Notes: generated from the letters alone by a model not told the origin. Shown: positions 47,901 through 57,444, numbered from the stretch's first letter. The stretch: 62,090 nt of DNA from a virus (IMGVR_UViG_3300021138_000028:1-62090); one strand, 5' to 3'. Numbers and translations: made by a program.

Positions 47901-48475
47901 TAGCTCTCCTTTGTGCCTTTTCCTTCACTGTCATTCTCAAACGTCAGTTTGAATAATGCGGCATTTTGGGAATGGAATATCACGATCCCTTCTGGGCTCA
48001 TAAACTTAGGGCTGGCGCTACTGCCTTTTGATCGCAATGATTCAAAGCATTCATTGATGAGTACCGAATCAAATGTAGCAAAGGTCGCTAGTGCCGGCAC
48101 AACATGGCAGACAGGAGCTTCGATACATCTCCAATCATCATCAGGTGATCCATGCCATTTCCTGACATCGAATAGAGAAAACCGTTTCTCACCTTTTGTT
48201 AATCCATATCCTCGTTTAATACCTGAGCCCCACCATTCGCCAAAGTGCAATCCAATGCCAAGTTGCTCAATAAGTGCATCCTTGTTTTCGGTTCCCCATC
48301 TCGCAAAATTGAAGTTATCGTCTTGCGGTGTGATGAGTCGCTTGCGTGACTGAAAGTGAATTTCGAGATCGGGAGTAATCACGATTGCCGCATTGGTGCC
48401 GTCAATCTTTTCTGTGATAACTACCTCACGTCGCAATCGAGCAATCTTAGTAAACGGGGTAAATTCAATACTCAC
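47900..48475 (-). CDS. RNA-ligase-like nucleotidyltransferase (adenylation domain only)
   Basis: TEKIDGTN, GEWWG, FSLFD, EGIV, LFK motifs I-V. Confidence 0.85.
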   Translation of the reverse strand: MSIEFTPFTKIARLRREVVITEKIDGTNAAIVITPDLEIHFQSRKRLITPQDDNFNFARWGTENKDALIEQLGIGLHFGEWWGSGIKRGYGLTKGEKRFSLFDVRKWHGSPDDDWRCIEAPVCHVVPALATFATFDSVLINECFESLRSKGSSASPKFMSPEGIVIFHSQNAALFKLTFENDSEGKGTKES

Positions 48476-48810
48476 TGTCCTTCCTCCTTTGGTTCAAACG
48501 GGAAAATCTCAGCCGCGTCTGCTGGGTGAACCTTCTCAAACGGGAACGGAGGATTCTTTCGATCCTTGCCGATGATGTGATGGATTACATAGCTCCCTTC
48601 GCTACCGGGCTTCTCTTCCCCAATAGCTTCATTGCGATCTTTCGCTGAAACTGTGTTATCGAAGTGGTGCGCTGGGACTCCGGTATAGCGATAAACGCCA
48701 TTCGGGAACTCCATATACATATGTTGTTTTGATGGATCGTAAGCAATTCGTGACACGTTGCCAGATGACGAAAGCGTATGCCTTTTAAGGTTATTCATGG
48801 TCTTCATCAT
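48472..48810 (-). CDS. KTSC domain protein
   Basis: SGNVSRIAYD....MYMEF.NG.YRY.GVP...S.GSY. Confidence 0.8.
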   Translation of the reverse strand: MMKTMNNLKRHTLSSSGNVSRIAYDPSKQHMYMEFPNGVYRYTGVPAHHFDNTVSAKDRNEAIGEEKPGSEGSYVIHHIIGKDRKNPPFPFEKVHPADAAEIFPFEPKEEGQ

Positions 48811-48839
48811 GATAACAGAACCGAGAGAAAATATGTCAA
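48809..48839 (-). promoter_or_regulatory. leftward promoter at the divergence point
   Basis: TTGACA-19-TATCAT with extended TG. Confidence 0.5.
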
Positions 48840-48879
48840 AGATTTGGAGGAAATCTGGAAAATAATGTATATTGGTTCG

Positions 48880-49089
48880 GTGGAAGAAGAAATACTACGT
48901 CGGAAACCTTTGGGGCGAATCTGCCGGGTTGACGCGGATCAGGCAAAGAAAGTCTTCGGTCTCTATATGACTATGCCATTAGAGGATGTCGCAGACCATT
49001 TTGATTTGTCTCGCAACCGTGTCAGGTACCTGATTCAGTGGTATCGAACTCGACCCCAAACAAGAAACATGGAGAAAACTCATGAGTAA
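48880..49089 (+). CDS. small HTH regulator (start uncertain)
   Basis: PLEDVADHFDLSRNRVRYLI; TATATT 6 nt before GTG. Confidence 0.6.
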   Translation: MEEEILRRKPLGRICRVDADQAKKVFGLYMTMPLEDVADHFDLSRNRVRYLIQWYRTRPQTRNMEKTHE

Positions 49090-49426
49090 GCCAGTTGAAA
49101 CAATCAACCTTGTCGATGCGATTCTCGGGCTCGAAGGTGGTCAAACCATTGAAGAGTTTAAGGATCAAGTTCGTCTCGTCGTTCGCAAAGTCTTGGAAAC
49201 ACGTAAACCAGGCGCAGTTAGTTTGACTCTCAAGATCGAACTAGCGAATCCTGCCAATCCAAGTTCCTGCCAATTGAAGATCGGAGACGATGTGAAAGCA
49301 TCTGTTCCACGCATTGCAGGATCGACCCCATTCTACGGTACGGAAGATGGAAACCTTTCGCACTTTGACCCATTGCAGCCGTCGTTTGACGAACTGCGAG
49401 AACAGAACCGCAGAGGTAACAGGTAA
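49082..49426 (+). CDS. conserved partner of DUF2303 proteins
   Basis: K.GAVSLTLKI...K..VP.....FY.TEDGNL...DP.Q. Confidence 0.75.
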   Translation: MSKPVETINLVDAILGLEGGQTIEEFKDQVRLVVRKVLETRKPGAVSLTLKIELANPANPSSCQLKIGDDVKASVPRIAGSTPFYGTEDGNLSHFDPLQPSFDELREQNRRGNR

Positions 49427-50247
49427 TGGAAGAAGGTAGTTTGAAAGATGCCTTGGAGTACGTTGTTGGGCTAGAGACTGATAAGCCAGTCCAGATCGAA
49501 GTGGAAGGGCACCAGTTCGTTTACACCCGCAACAACTCAGGATTGCTGTCGGTTGTTGACTTTGAAAACACTCTTGCTCCTTTGCGCCCTACTCCACGTC
49601 GGACGGTTGCCCATCCTCAGTTCATTACGGTGGAATCATTCGCTGAATACTTTGAGGCTTTTGCTCCTGATGTCGCAGTTGGTCGTGGCATTCTCGTCCA
49701 AGGATCAATCGACAAGGCTGAGGTTCGTGCGACCCTTGACTATCATGCGGTGGATCATCCTGCATGGTGCGACCATACCGCGACTCTCATTTCCAAGCGA
49801 ACTCCTGAATGGGTTGAATTCAAGGCCGCAAGCGGTGTCCATAAGTCGCAGAAGGAATTCGCTGATTTCATTGACAAGTGGGGAGCATGGGTTATTGATC
49901 CAGTCCCGACTGAACTCATTAAGATCATTGAGGACCTAGAAGGACATACAGGTGGTGCTTGGGGTTCCAAGGTTGTCAGACAGAACGGAGCATTCCGGTT
50001 CTCTTACACTGAGGAAACGGTAACCAATATCACGGTGCCGACCAAGTTCGTCGTCCAGATTCAGCCGTTCTATTCGTCGGCTCCAATCAAAATCGACGTG
50101 AAGCTCCAATATCGCGTCAACAAGGAAGGTGGGATAACCTTTGCGATGATCCTCGACAATCCGCTGAACGTGGAATACAAGTGTCTGATGGAGACGTTTG
50201 CATCGGTGGAGTCTCTTATCAATACTCGTGTTCTCGTCGGGCCTTAA
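49426..50247 (+). CDS. DUF2303 (YfdQ-like) protein
   Basis: A.LDYH...P.WCDHTATL...TPEW..F......SQ.EFADFI. Confidence 0.85.
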   Translation: MEEGSLKDALEYVVGLETDKPVQIEVEGHQFVYTRNNSGLLSVVDFENTLAPLRPTPRRTVAHPQFITVESFAEYFEAFAPDVAVGRGILVQGSIDKAEVRATLDYHAVDHPAWCDHTATLISKRTPEWVEFKAASGVHKSQKEFADFIDKWGAWVIDPVPTELIKIIEDLEGHTGGAWGSKVVRQNGAFRFSYTEETVTNITVPTKFVVQIQPFYSSAPIKIDVKLQYRVNKEGGITFAMILDNPLNVEYKCLMETFASVESLINTRVLVGP

Positions 50248-50257
50248 TCAACGACCA

Positions 50258-50285
50258 AAGGGCTTCTGGCTGGGGAGCCCTTTTC
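50258..50285 (+). terminator. intrinsic terminator with TGGCTGGGG in the loop
   Basis: aagggct...agccctt plus T run. Confidence 0.7.
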
Positions 50286-50291
50286 TATTTT

Positions 50292-50876
50292 ATGAACCTA
50301 TTCACTGACCCACAAGAAGAAGTCGACCCATTTGATACAGGCAAGCCTCATGCTTTCACTGGTGCGCTAGATAATTTACTTGATCGTGGTGGCGCTATTG
50401 ACGATGCAAGCGAACTGCTTCGGGACTACCTGAAAGAAGAGAAGGTAAAGAAAGGTCCGAAACTCGTAAAGGATGCCGCGCAATATCGTCGATCAATCAA
50501 GGACATCAATGCGATGTATCCTGGTTGGTATACCAAGTCGGAACATTATGCTCCTATCTATGGTGGCGGCATGGTCAAGCGAGATTTTGGTGGCTTTGCC
50601 GACTTATGCGGCGTTTCAAACTCAAAGTTCGTTGCGGTACAGGTTACAACCGTCGACCAAGTTGGTCCTCATATCCGCAAGTATGTCTCTGATGCTAAGT
50701 CCGGTGGGCTCGGAGACATAACGATTGAACAGAACCTACGTGCTTTCTTGCAGAACGGGGGAGTGTTCGTTATTCTTGGCTACCATAAGCCTGCCTCCCG
50801 ATGGGAATGCAAGCCTCTTGTCGTTACTGAGGCAACACTGGATGCGGCTATCGCAAGGAAAAGGAAATCAAAATGA
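50292..50876 (+). CDS. PD-(D/E)XK nuclease, Holliday-junction-resolvase-like
   Basis: RDFGGFADLCGV...VAVQVTT. Confidence 0.65.
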   Translation: MNLFTDPQEEVDPFDTGKPHAFTGALDNLLDRGGAIDDASELLRDYLKEEKVKKGPKLVKDAAQYRRSIKDINAMYPGWYTKSEHYAPIYGGGMVKRDFGGFADLCGVSNSKFVAVQVTTVDQVGPHIRKYVSDAKSGGLGDITIEQNLRAFLQNGGVFVILGYHKPASRWECKPLVVTEATLDAAIARKRKSK

Positions 50877-51325
50877 CCATACAAGACTATCAGAACGTAG
50901 CGTTCGGTACGACTCTTATTGTCGGGATCGCTGCTCACTTACTCGAAGTAAAGAACTACAATAAGTCCAACGATGAACTCAAAAAGAATGCAACTTATTG
51001 GGCTCGGGAAGCGACTAAGCTCCAAGAATTGCTAGACGAAAAACGGATAAAGGAAGAGTCTGTTAATTCTGATGTCATTTGGAGCCACGATGGTTGGACA
51101 ATTATGTCGTCAATCGAAGAGTTAGAGTCTAACGTAAGCGAGTGGCTTTGCCCGATTTGCGGACCTAACTTATCCAAAAGATTTAAGTCGATCAAGGCAT
51201 TGGAAAGCCATAAAAGACAGATGCACGATCCGCAGAATCATGATTGCGAATGTGGAAGATCCTTTACCTCTAAGCAAGGGTTAGGGCGTCATCGTCTCGC
51301 TTGCAAGGGTCCGAAAGACAAGTAA
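50873..51325 (+). CDS. TM + coiled coil + two C2H2-like Zn fingers
   Basis: CPIC...F.....L..HKRQMH; CECGRSF.SKQGL.RH...C. Confidence 0.7.
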   Translation: MTIQDYQNVAFGTTLIVGIAAHLLEVKNYNKSNDELKKNATYWAREATKLQELLDEKRIKEESVNSDVIWSHDGWTIMSSIEELESNVSEWLCPICGPNLSKRFKSIKALESHKRQMHDPQNHDCECGRSFTSKQGLGRHRLACKGPKDK

Positions 51326-51583
51326 ATGGGGTTAAGGCTGACTCCTGTGAATCCTCACTCTTGGCGTGGTCGGTCACGTCAAGAGATTTATCGGCTTGTC
51401 ATACAATGGCAATCTGAGTTAGAATGCGACCCACTTGAAGATTTCCTTCGACTTGTCGATTCTTGCTATCCGTTTGGTGAGCGCAAAGGCGCACCGCATA
51501 AGGCTTGGCAGAAGGAATTTGGTCAGTGGTGCGCGTATCTTCGTGGTGTCGGACAGATGCCAGATGTAACGATTTTTGAATGA
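51326..51583 (+). CDS. conserved hypothetical protein
   Basis: YPFGER...PHK.W..E motif. Confidence 0.7.
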   Translation: MGLRLTPVNPHSWRGRSRQEIYRLVIQWQSELECDPLEDFLRLVDSCYPFGERKGAPHKAWQKEFGQWCAYLRGVGQMPDVTIFE

Positions 51584-51590
51584 TAGGGAA

Positions 51591-51727
51591 CTAGCCGGTG
51601 GTGCGGCTTAAAGAGATGCAGATTTATAAACAACTTCAAGGGCATAGTTGCCCGTCGTCAATATCATCAACCGGGGCTAGGACAGCGGATACTCGTCCGT
51701 GGCACCACCACGTCCGAACCTCGGTTC
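51591..51727 (+). ncRNA. structured intergenic element with a tRNA-like end (uncertain)
   Basis: ggtggtgc/gcaccacc pairing, ends ACCA, several hairpins. Confidence 0.25.
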
Positions 51728-51746
51728 ATGATTCAAGGGTGGGAAT

Positions 51747-51941
51747 ATGACCACCAAGCCAAGACTACTTGATTTGTTTTGCTGTGCTGGTGGATGCGGC
51801 ATGGGTTATCATCGTGCAGGATTTGAGGTTGTGGGGGTGGACATTAACCCTCAGCCTAGATACCCGTTTGAGTTTCATCAAGGGGATGCACTTGAATATA
51901 TTGGTAAGCAATTACTAGAGATTTTGGAGATTCCCGAATGA
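51747..51941 (+). pseudogene. internally deleted C5-cytosine DNA methyltransferase
   Basis: motif [11 protein letters not shown]...GDALEY joined directly to the C-terminal EYIGKQLL; catalytic PC absent. Confidence 0.75.
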
Positions 51942-53785
51942 CGCTGGACGAGTTTGCGTCAAGGCTACAGAAAGCCAAACCCAAAACATTCAAGGACGGT
52001 CCCGGTTATACCGCTTGCTGTCCAGCCCATGAAGATTCAAGCCCATCGTTCCGAGTCTGTGAGAAGGACGGTTGGCTCCATGTCAAATGTCTGACTGGTT
52101 GCACTGAGGATCAGATTTTATCCTCGATGGGTCTGACTGGTGAAGATCGTAGGGTTGTCCCATTTGTTCCTCATACCAATCAATCGAATGGGACGGTTCC
52201 CAAGAGTGGATACCGAAAATTCGTTTGTTCTTATACCTATACCGACGAGAAGGGACGATACCTGTTTGACAAGATGCGCTATGTCGATAGTGCGACGGGT
52301 AAGAAAGACTTCTTGCAGAAGGACAAGAACCGTGAGGATGGAAAGTTCGGGGTCGATCATCTTGGTGCGAACGCGAAGATCCTTTACCGCTATCACAAGG
52401 TCTTGGATGCCAAGGCTCGTGGACTCACGATCTACCTCCATGAAGGGGAGAAAGCCTGTGATCGCATGGAGAAGGAAGGGTATGTCTCGACCTGTCAACC
52501 GGGCGGCGCTACCAAAGATGCGATAAATAAGAGGTGGCTCCCACAACACACGAAAGCTCTAACTGGATGCCATGTTGTCATGGTCATGGACCCAGATGAA
52601 GCAGGAATGGCTTACGCTGCCTACGTTGCCGAACAAGTTCGTCCAGTAGCAAAGAGTTTCAGACTTGTCCAGTCCGCGACCAAAGGGGAGAAAGACGATG
52701 CTTACGATCATCTTGAAGCAGGATTTACCGTCGATCAGTTTATTGATCGGTCTGACCTTTTACCTGCTCGTGGATTCGAGCTAACAAAGATTGAAGATTT
52801 CGAGATTAAGCCTGTCGAATTCCTGATTGGAAGTCATATCCGTATTGGGCAGATTAACCTGCTTGACGGGGACGGGGCAGCCGGAAAATCGACGGTTGCT
52901 TTAGCTATTGCGGCTTGTGGATCAAATGGGTGGGACCCCATTACTCGAAAACAAATTATACCCTTCCGAACTCTTTATTTTGGTAGTGAAGATGAAGGAG
53001 CAGACATACGTTATGTCTATGAGTCACTTGGTGGTAAGCCTGGATTCTTAGAGGTTATGAGTGAGTCTTTCCCGCTTGACGCTCACCACCTAGCACTCCT
53101 TGAAGAGACGATTCACGATGGAGATTTCAAACTTATCATCTTTGATGCCGTGGCTTATTATCTCGGTGGCTTAGTCAAAGACCTCAACAACGCAGTCGAT
53201 CTTGTAGGGCCTCTTGGTGGGCTCCGTGATGTCGCTATGCGAACTATGTCGGCAGTCCTTAATCTGCGTCACACAGGCAAGGGGAAGGACGGAAAGCCTA
53301 TATCTGAATTAGGTATTGGATCAGTCCAGATCAGGAATGCTCATCGATCCCAGCTAGTCTTACGCTACCATCCTGATGAAGAGAACTATCCTGGTCTTCG
53401 TGTCATCACTCACGAGAAGGGTTCGATCCGTGTAGCTCGTGGTCCGATGTTCGCTTGGAAGTATGAGGACAATGAATTCCGCTGGGTCTATGACATAGAC
53501 GAGGCGACTCTGAACTATATTCCGAAGAAGGTTGGGGAAGATCCTTCCCATGCTATTGCTCGTCGTCAGATGATTGAGACTTGGATGCTTGCCAACTTGT
53601 CAGGGAAATACGTCATAGTGCGTGAAATGGTAGAACATCTCAAGTCGCTTGGTGCGAGTATGAAGCAGATAGAAGCAGCTAGGGCGAAGCTCAAGGTGCA
53701 ATCTATGATGCGCGGCAATGAACGGTACGCTCATATCGACCCATTTGCCGACGATGCGTTTGAAGGTGATGAGTCTGATGAGTAA
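51938..53785 (+). CDS. primase-helicase (Zn-binding + TOPRIM + AAA_25/RecA-like)
   Basis: [43 protein letters not shown]. Confidence 0.9.
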   Translation: MTLDEFASRLQKAKPKTFKDGPGYTACCPAHEDSSPSFRVCEKDGWLHVKCLTGCTEDQILSSMGLTGEDRRVVPFVPHTNQSNGTVPKSGYRKFVCSYTYTDEKGRYLFDKMRYVDSATGKKDFLQKDKNREDGKFGVDHLGANAKILYRYHKVLDAKARGLTIYLHEGEKACDRMEKEGYVSTCQPGGATKDAINKRWLPQHTKALTGCHVVMVMDPDEAGMAYAAYVAEQVRPVAKSFRLVQSATKGEKDDAYDHLEAGFTVDQFIDRSDLLPARGFELTKIEDFEIKPVEFLIGSHIRIGQINLLDGDGAAGKSTVALAIAACGSNGWDPITRKQIIPFRTLYFGSEDEGADIRYVYESLGGKPGFLEVMSESFPLDAHHLALLEETIHDGDFKLIIFDAVAYYLGGLVKDLNNAVDLVGPLGGLRDVAMRTMSAVLNLRHTGKGKDGKPISELGIGSVQIRNAHRSQLVLRYHPDEENYPGLRVITHEKGSIRVARGPMFAWKYEDNEFRWVYDIDEATLNYIPKKVGEDPSHAIARRQMIETWMLANLSGKYVIVREMVEHLKSLGASMKQIEAARAKLKVQSMMRGNERYAHIDPFADDAFEGDESDE

Positions 53786-54050
53786 GATCAGTAAGATTAG
53801 TCCTGAGACTTACGAGGCTTGCTTGCGGACTGCGGCTAGAATCCGCAAGTCAAATGGATTCGACTTCATACCTGCTCGTGTCGAATTCTTCTCGGTTACA
53901 GACAATGGTTCCCCGGTCTACAAAGTGTTTGGATCTCGGAACACAAAGAAGCCTGCTCAAGATGGAGGATTGTTTGGCAATCTCTTTGAGCAGGCTGAGT
54001 CAGAGTCTATTGAAGATTGGCTCTATGTATGGTCTTGGCAGATAAATTAG
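53778..54050 (+). CDS. hypothetical protein
   Basis: overlaps the primase stop. Confidence 0.55.
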   Translation: MSKISKISPETYEACLRTAARIRKSNGFDFIPARVEFFSVTDNGSPVYKVFGSRNTKKPAQDGGLFGNLFEQAESESIEDWLYVWSWQIN

Positions 54051-54349
54051 TCACGGCCTTCTCTGGCTTTCTGGTTACGGTTCTTGACTATCTCAAACTT
54101 CTTTTCGACCTCTGCCTCCCAATTATTCCCAAGCATCTGTTTCGCTCGATAACTGAGCCCGATGGCTGCAATAATCACATCGGCTAGTTCTTGCCTGAGC
54201 CCTTGGGTTAAATAGTAGTCAGTCTCTATAACTTCAATGGCTTCCGCTTGGCATTTCAATGCTTGTTTGAGAAGCATGATAACATCAGTGTCTTCGTTGA
54301 ACGTTGCGAGATTCCATTTCCCTATTCGATCTTCAATGGATTCATTCAT
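54047..54349 (-). CDS. MazG-like NTP pyrophosphohydrolase
   Basis: K...EAIE...QELADVIIA. Confidence 0.7.
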   Translation of the reverse strand: MNESIEDRIGKWNLATFNEDTDVIMLLKQALKCQAEAIEVIETDYYLTQGLRQELADVIIAAIGLSYRAKQMLGNNWEAEVEKKFEIVKNRNQKAREGRD

Positions 54350-54774
54350 GCTTTCACATCCTTATCCAATGATGCGGAAACAAGTGTTCCGACTGGATTC
54401 GGTACGGTTCGATTGTACGTGGCTCTAAGTGTCACTTCTGGCACGATCTTGATCGTAGGAGATTCGTCCTGACCATAAGATCGCAACTCAATACAATCTC
54501 CTTTGCGTCCCCAAACGAACGCTCCCCTGAAAGCATCCTTATCCAAGGTGAACCGATCGCCTGCATGAATCGGGCCTCGATAGAATGGTTGTCCTGGTCG
54601 TGGCTTCGGTTGCCTTGTAACTCCATTTGTCTTACGTTGCCTTAGAATCTTATGGCAATCTGTCTTCCATTTCATCTTTGCGTAGCAGGTACAGCAAAGA
54701 CCATTACCTTTATGGGGCAAGTCAGTTTTCTGACAGGAAGTGCATCGGTCAAACTTCTTAGACCAGCGGGTCAT
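54346..54774 (-). CDS. Zn-finger protein
   Basis: WS..FD.CTSC....H.G.GLC.TCY. Confidence 0.65.
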   Translation of the reverse strand: MTRWSKKFDRCTSCQKTDLPHKGNGLCCTCYAKMKWKTDCHKILRQRKTNGVTRQPKPRPGQPFYRGPIHAGDRFTLDKDAFRGAFVWGRKGDCIELRSYGQDESPTIKIVPEVTLRATYNRTVPNPVGTLVSASLDKDVKA

Positions 54775-54980
54775 GCCGCACACTCCCAATCTGCAACTCG
54801 TCTCACTTCCTCCCATACGCGTAAATGAGGGGCATAAAGAGCCCGTTTAATATGGCCTGTCTTGGCGATAATAAAGGTCGGGTGAATCTGTGTAACAAGC
54901 CATGTTCGATTCTTACGTGGGCTTGTCACATGGTCTTTTAGCCTAAGCCTCATTCCTAATTTTATTTGGTTGATTTCCAT
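54771..54980 (-). CDS. small SH3/KOW-like protein
   Basis: IKLGMRL...W.VT.I pattern. Confidence 0.55.
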   Translation of the reverse strand: MEINQIKLGMRLRLKDHVTSPRKNRTWLVTQIHPTFIIAKTGHIKRALYAPHLRVWEEVRRVADWECAA

Positions 54981-54983
54981 GGT

Positions 54984-55247
54984 TTAGTGGTGCCTCATAT
55001 CATGGTGCGCTCGGAATAGAAGTTAAAGGTTCAAGTGATCGTGTCTCAATTCAGGATGCGCCGCTTTGGTCTTTAGGTGGTGAACGTCGATAGGACCAGA
55101 ACATCCACCTAAATGAGCATCGAACCATACTAAACCGTGGAGACTAATCAATTCCTTTTTGGTCTTAGCATCTTCTATTTTGTTACGCTTTCCCATCTTA
55201 CCTAATTTAGATATAAGGGTGCGCCTTAATGGTTTGGAGCGTTTCAT
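54984..55247 (-). pseudogene. degenerate HNH endonuclease with an internal stop
   Basis: DVHHLK....PELRHD..NL*LLFRAHHDMRHH*. Confidence 0.7.
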
Positions 55248-56152
55248 TCGTCGTCGGAATCGTCATTCGATGGGTCTTTGAGTAAAGGTTCTTCATCGCC
55301 CCAGTTAAACTCACATTGTCCGGCATCCAGTAATGCCATGTTTCGAGTCATTTGCTCAAAGTAGGACTGTTTGAGTTCCACGGCCCATGCCTTTCTACCT
55401 AGCTTGACTGCGGTAAACGGTTCTGATCCAATACCACCAAACGGACTAGCGACAACATCGCCGACGTTCGTCCAAAGAAGAATGCCGCGTTCAATAACGT
55501 CGAGTTGAAGAGGGCATATATGGCGCTCATCTTCATTCTCTCTCGCTGATCCCTTTTGAAGTGTGTTGGATTGCTTAATGTCCATCCAAACGGGAGAAGC
55601 GTATTGTTGCCACATACCCACGGGAAATGATTCGTTAGTATGTGTTACTGGTTCCAAGTTCTCGCCCGGTTTCCGCATAGTCACCAAATAATCAGGGATA
55701 CCTTGACGGCTCATGCACGAATCCTTTTTGATCTGCTTGTGAAGCAATCCGAGCGCTTTGGTTCGTTGCATAGCGGTAACTGGATCTTTCCAAATGCAAA
55801 CCTCAGAGTGAAAGATAAACCCGCATTCTTGGAATATCCGAATCATCATTCCGCGAAAGTCTTTGATCCCGATAAATCCGTCCCGTTCTTTGGAGTAGGG
55901 AAGATTCATACAATGGAATGACAGCAACCTACCGGGCTTGAGTGTTCTGTACAACTCAGGGACCAGAAACTTAAAGTGCTGATAGAACTCCTCATCTGTT
56001 GAACAGTTCCCCATATCTTTTGGTGATGCACTGTATGTATACAGTGATGCAAAAGGAGGACTAAAGATATAATAGTGAATGGAATCATCATCTAACTTTG
56101 CAACTTCCTCAACGCAATCACCGTGAACTAATTCATATCTTCCTTCAATCAT
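55244..56152 (-). CDS. N4/N6 DNA methyltransferase (beta class)
   Basis: FSPPFASLY, HICPLQL, SPFGGIGS. Confidence 0.9.
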   Translation of the reverse strand: MIEGRYELVHGDCVEEVAKLDDDSIHYYIFSPPFASLYTYSASPKDMGNCSTDEEFYQHFKFLVPELYRTLKPGRLLSFHCMNLPYSKERDGFIGIKDFRGMMIRIFQECGFIFHSEVCIWKDPVTAMQRTKALGLLHKQIKKDSCMSRQGIPDYLVTMRKPGENLEPVTHTNESFPVGMWQQYASPVWMDIKQSNTLQKGSARENEDERHICPLQLDVIERGILLWTNVGDVVASPFGGIGSEPFTAVKLGRKAWAVELKQSYFEQMTRNMALLDAGQCEFNWGDEEPLLKDPSNDDSDDE

Positions 56153-57438
56153 CTCAAAACACCTCCGCAATACTTTTTAATCTCAATCGCCATATCATCA
56201 AAAGCCATCTGCTTTAGATCGACTGACGCCTTTACGCTTTCTAGCTCGTTGCATATCACCATATGGATATTAACGGGCCTTTTTTGACCGTAGCGCCACG
56301 ATCTACGGATGCCTTGGTATATTTGCTCAAACGAATAGGTAACACCGCAATTAACCTGCCTAGCGCAAATTTGAAAGTTCATCCCTTGTCCGGCGATCTT
56401 TAACTTGGTAATCAATCGCTTATACCGGCCATCGGCAAACCCGGATAACCGATCAACTTTCTTATCTGTGTCCAGTGACCCGTAAACACTGACAGCATCA
56501 GGGATCAACTTCTCTAGCATCCGTTGTTCTTTGTCCGTGTGGCACCAAATCAGCCATGACTCATCAGGCTCATCGTTGACCAGCCGTTGAACAACTTTCG
56601 CGCGTTCTTCTCCTGAGTTATTGAGAACCTTATACAAGTTCGTAGCTGACACATCATCACCAAACAATGACCCACCAACTAACGGGTCAACGTCAACGGT
56701 ATGAGTAAATAACTCCAATGGTGGCAAATCGTATCCATCCATCTCGTAACCTAAATCACGGGGATGATTAAATACCACCGCCCAACTGGAAACCCATCGC
56801 CAAAAGTCTCCTACTGCGTGTCTTTTGAGTCGCCATTTAGAAGTATCGGCCCCATCGTGACAGAAATAGGTAGCCAACATTTCTTGACGGGTTAACGCTC
56901 CCACAAACTCAGAATGAGTTCCTAACTCCATGTAATCGTTAGGCGCAGGAGTCGCGGTACATGCTAACTTGTACTGTGTTCCATCGAATCGGTCTTGAAT
57001 GTATTTCCGGTAATGACCATCGAACGATTTCAAAATGCTCGACTCATCAATAATGATTACGTCTACCGGGCATTCTATTTTCTCCAACCGTTCATAGTTA
57101 GTGATATAGATGCCTGACCCTTGGATGTCCTTGTCAGTGTTTGCTCGTTTGATAGTCACTTTGTTGTGAATCTCACCCTCATGAATTGTTTGTTCTGTAA
57201 CGCCCAACGGAGCAACGATTAAACGAACTCCGTCATGTTGTTTGGCAAACTCCGTCTGCATGACGGTCTTTCCTGTTCCGGTTCCACCAAAGATGCAAGA
57301 TCGGCCCTTCTTTAATGACCACTCCACTACGTCTTTTTGGAAATCATAGAGACATGGGGATAGACTAGATCTTTTGACCTTTGCGCCGTCGCCAGTAAAC
57401 GTTTTTGCTTTGGATGCTAGGAATTCTTCATATATCAT
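56149..57438 (-). CDS. SF2 (SNF2-like) helicase paired with the methylase
   Basis: TGTGKT, DESS, TATPAPND, GMNFQ, RRSWRYGQ. Confidence 0.9.
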   Translation of the reverse strand: MIYEEFLASKAKTFTGDGAKVKRSSLSPCLYDFQKDVVEWSLKKGRSCIFGGTGTGKTVMQTEFAKQHDGVRLIVAPLGVTEQTIHEGEIHNKVTIKRANTDKDIQGSGIYITNYERLEKIECPVDVIIIDESSILKSFDGHYRKYIQDRFDGTQYKLACTATPAPNDYMELGTHSEFVGALTRQEMLATYFCHDGADTSKWRLKRHAVGDFWRWVSSWAVVFNHPRDLGYEMDGYDLPPLELFTHTVDVDPLVGGSLFGDDVSATNLYKVLNNSGEERAKVVQRLVNDEPDESWLIWCHTDKEQRMLEKLIPDAVSVYGSLDTDKKVDRLSGFADGRYKRLITKLKIAGQGMNFQICARQVNCGVTYSFEQIYQGIRRSWRYGQKRPVNIHMVICNELESVKASVDLKQMAFDDMAIEIKKYCGGVLR

Positions 57439-57444
57439 AGCGTC

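Noticed and set aside
50181-50291. N-terminal extension of the nuclease ORF
   Set aside because: Overlaps the DUF2303 gene and a terminator; ATG 50292 is more plausible
51625-51645. tRNA-Sec/opal anticodon (CTTCAA)
   Set aside because: No anticodon stem and no canonical TTCGA loop
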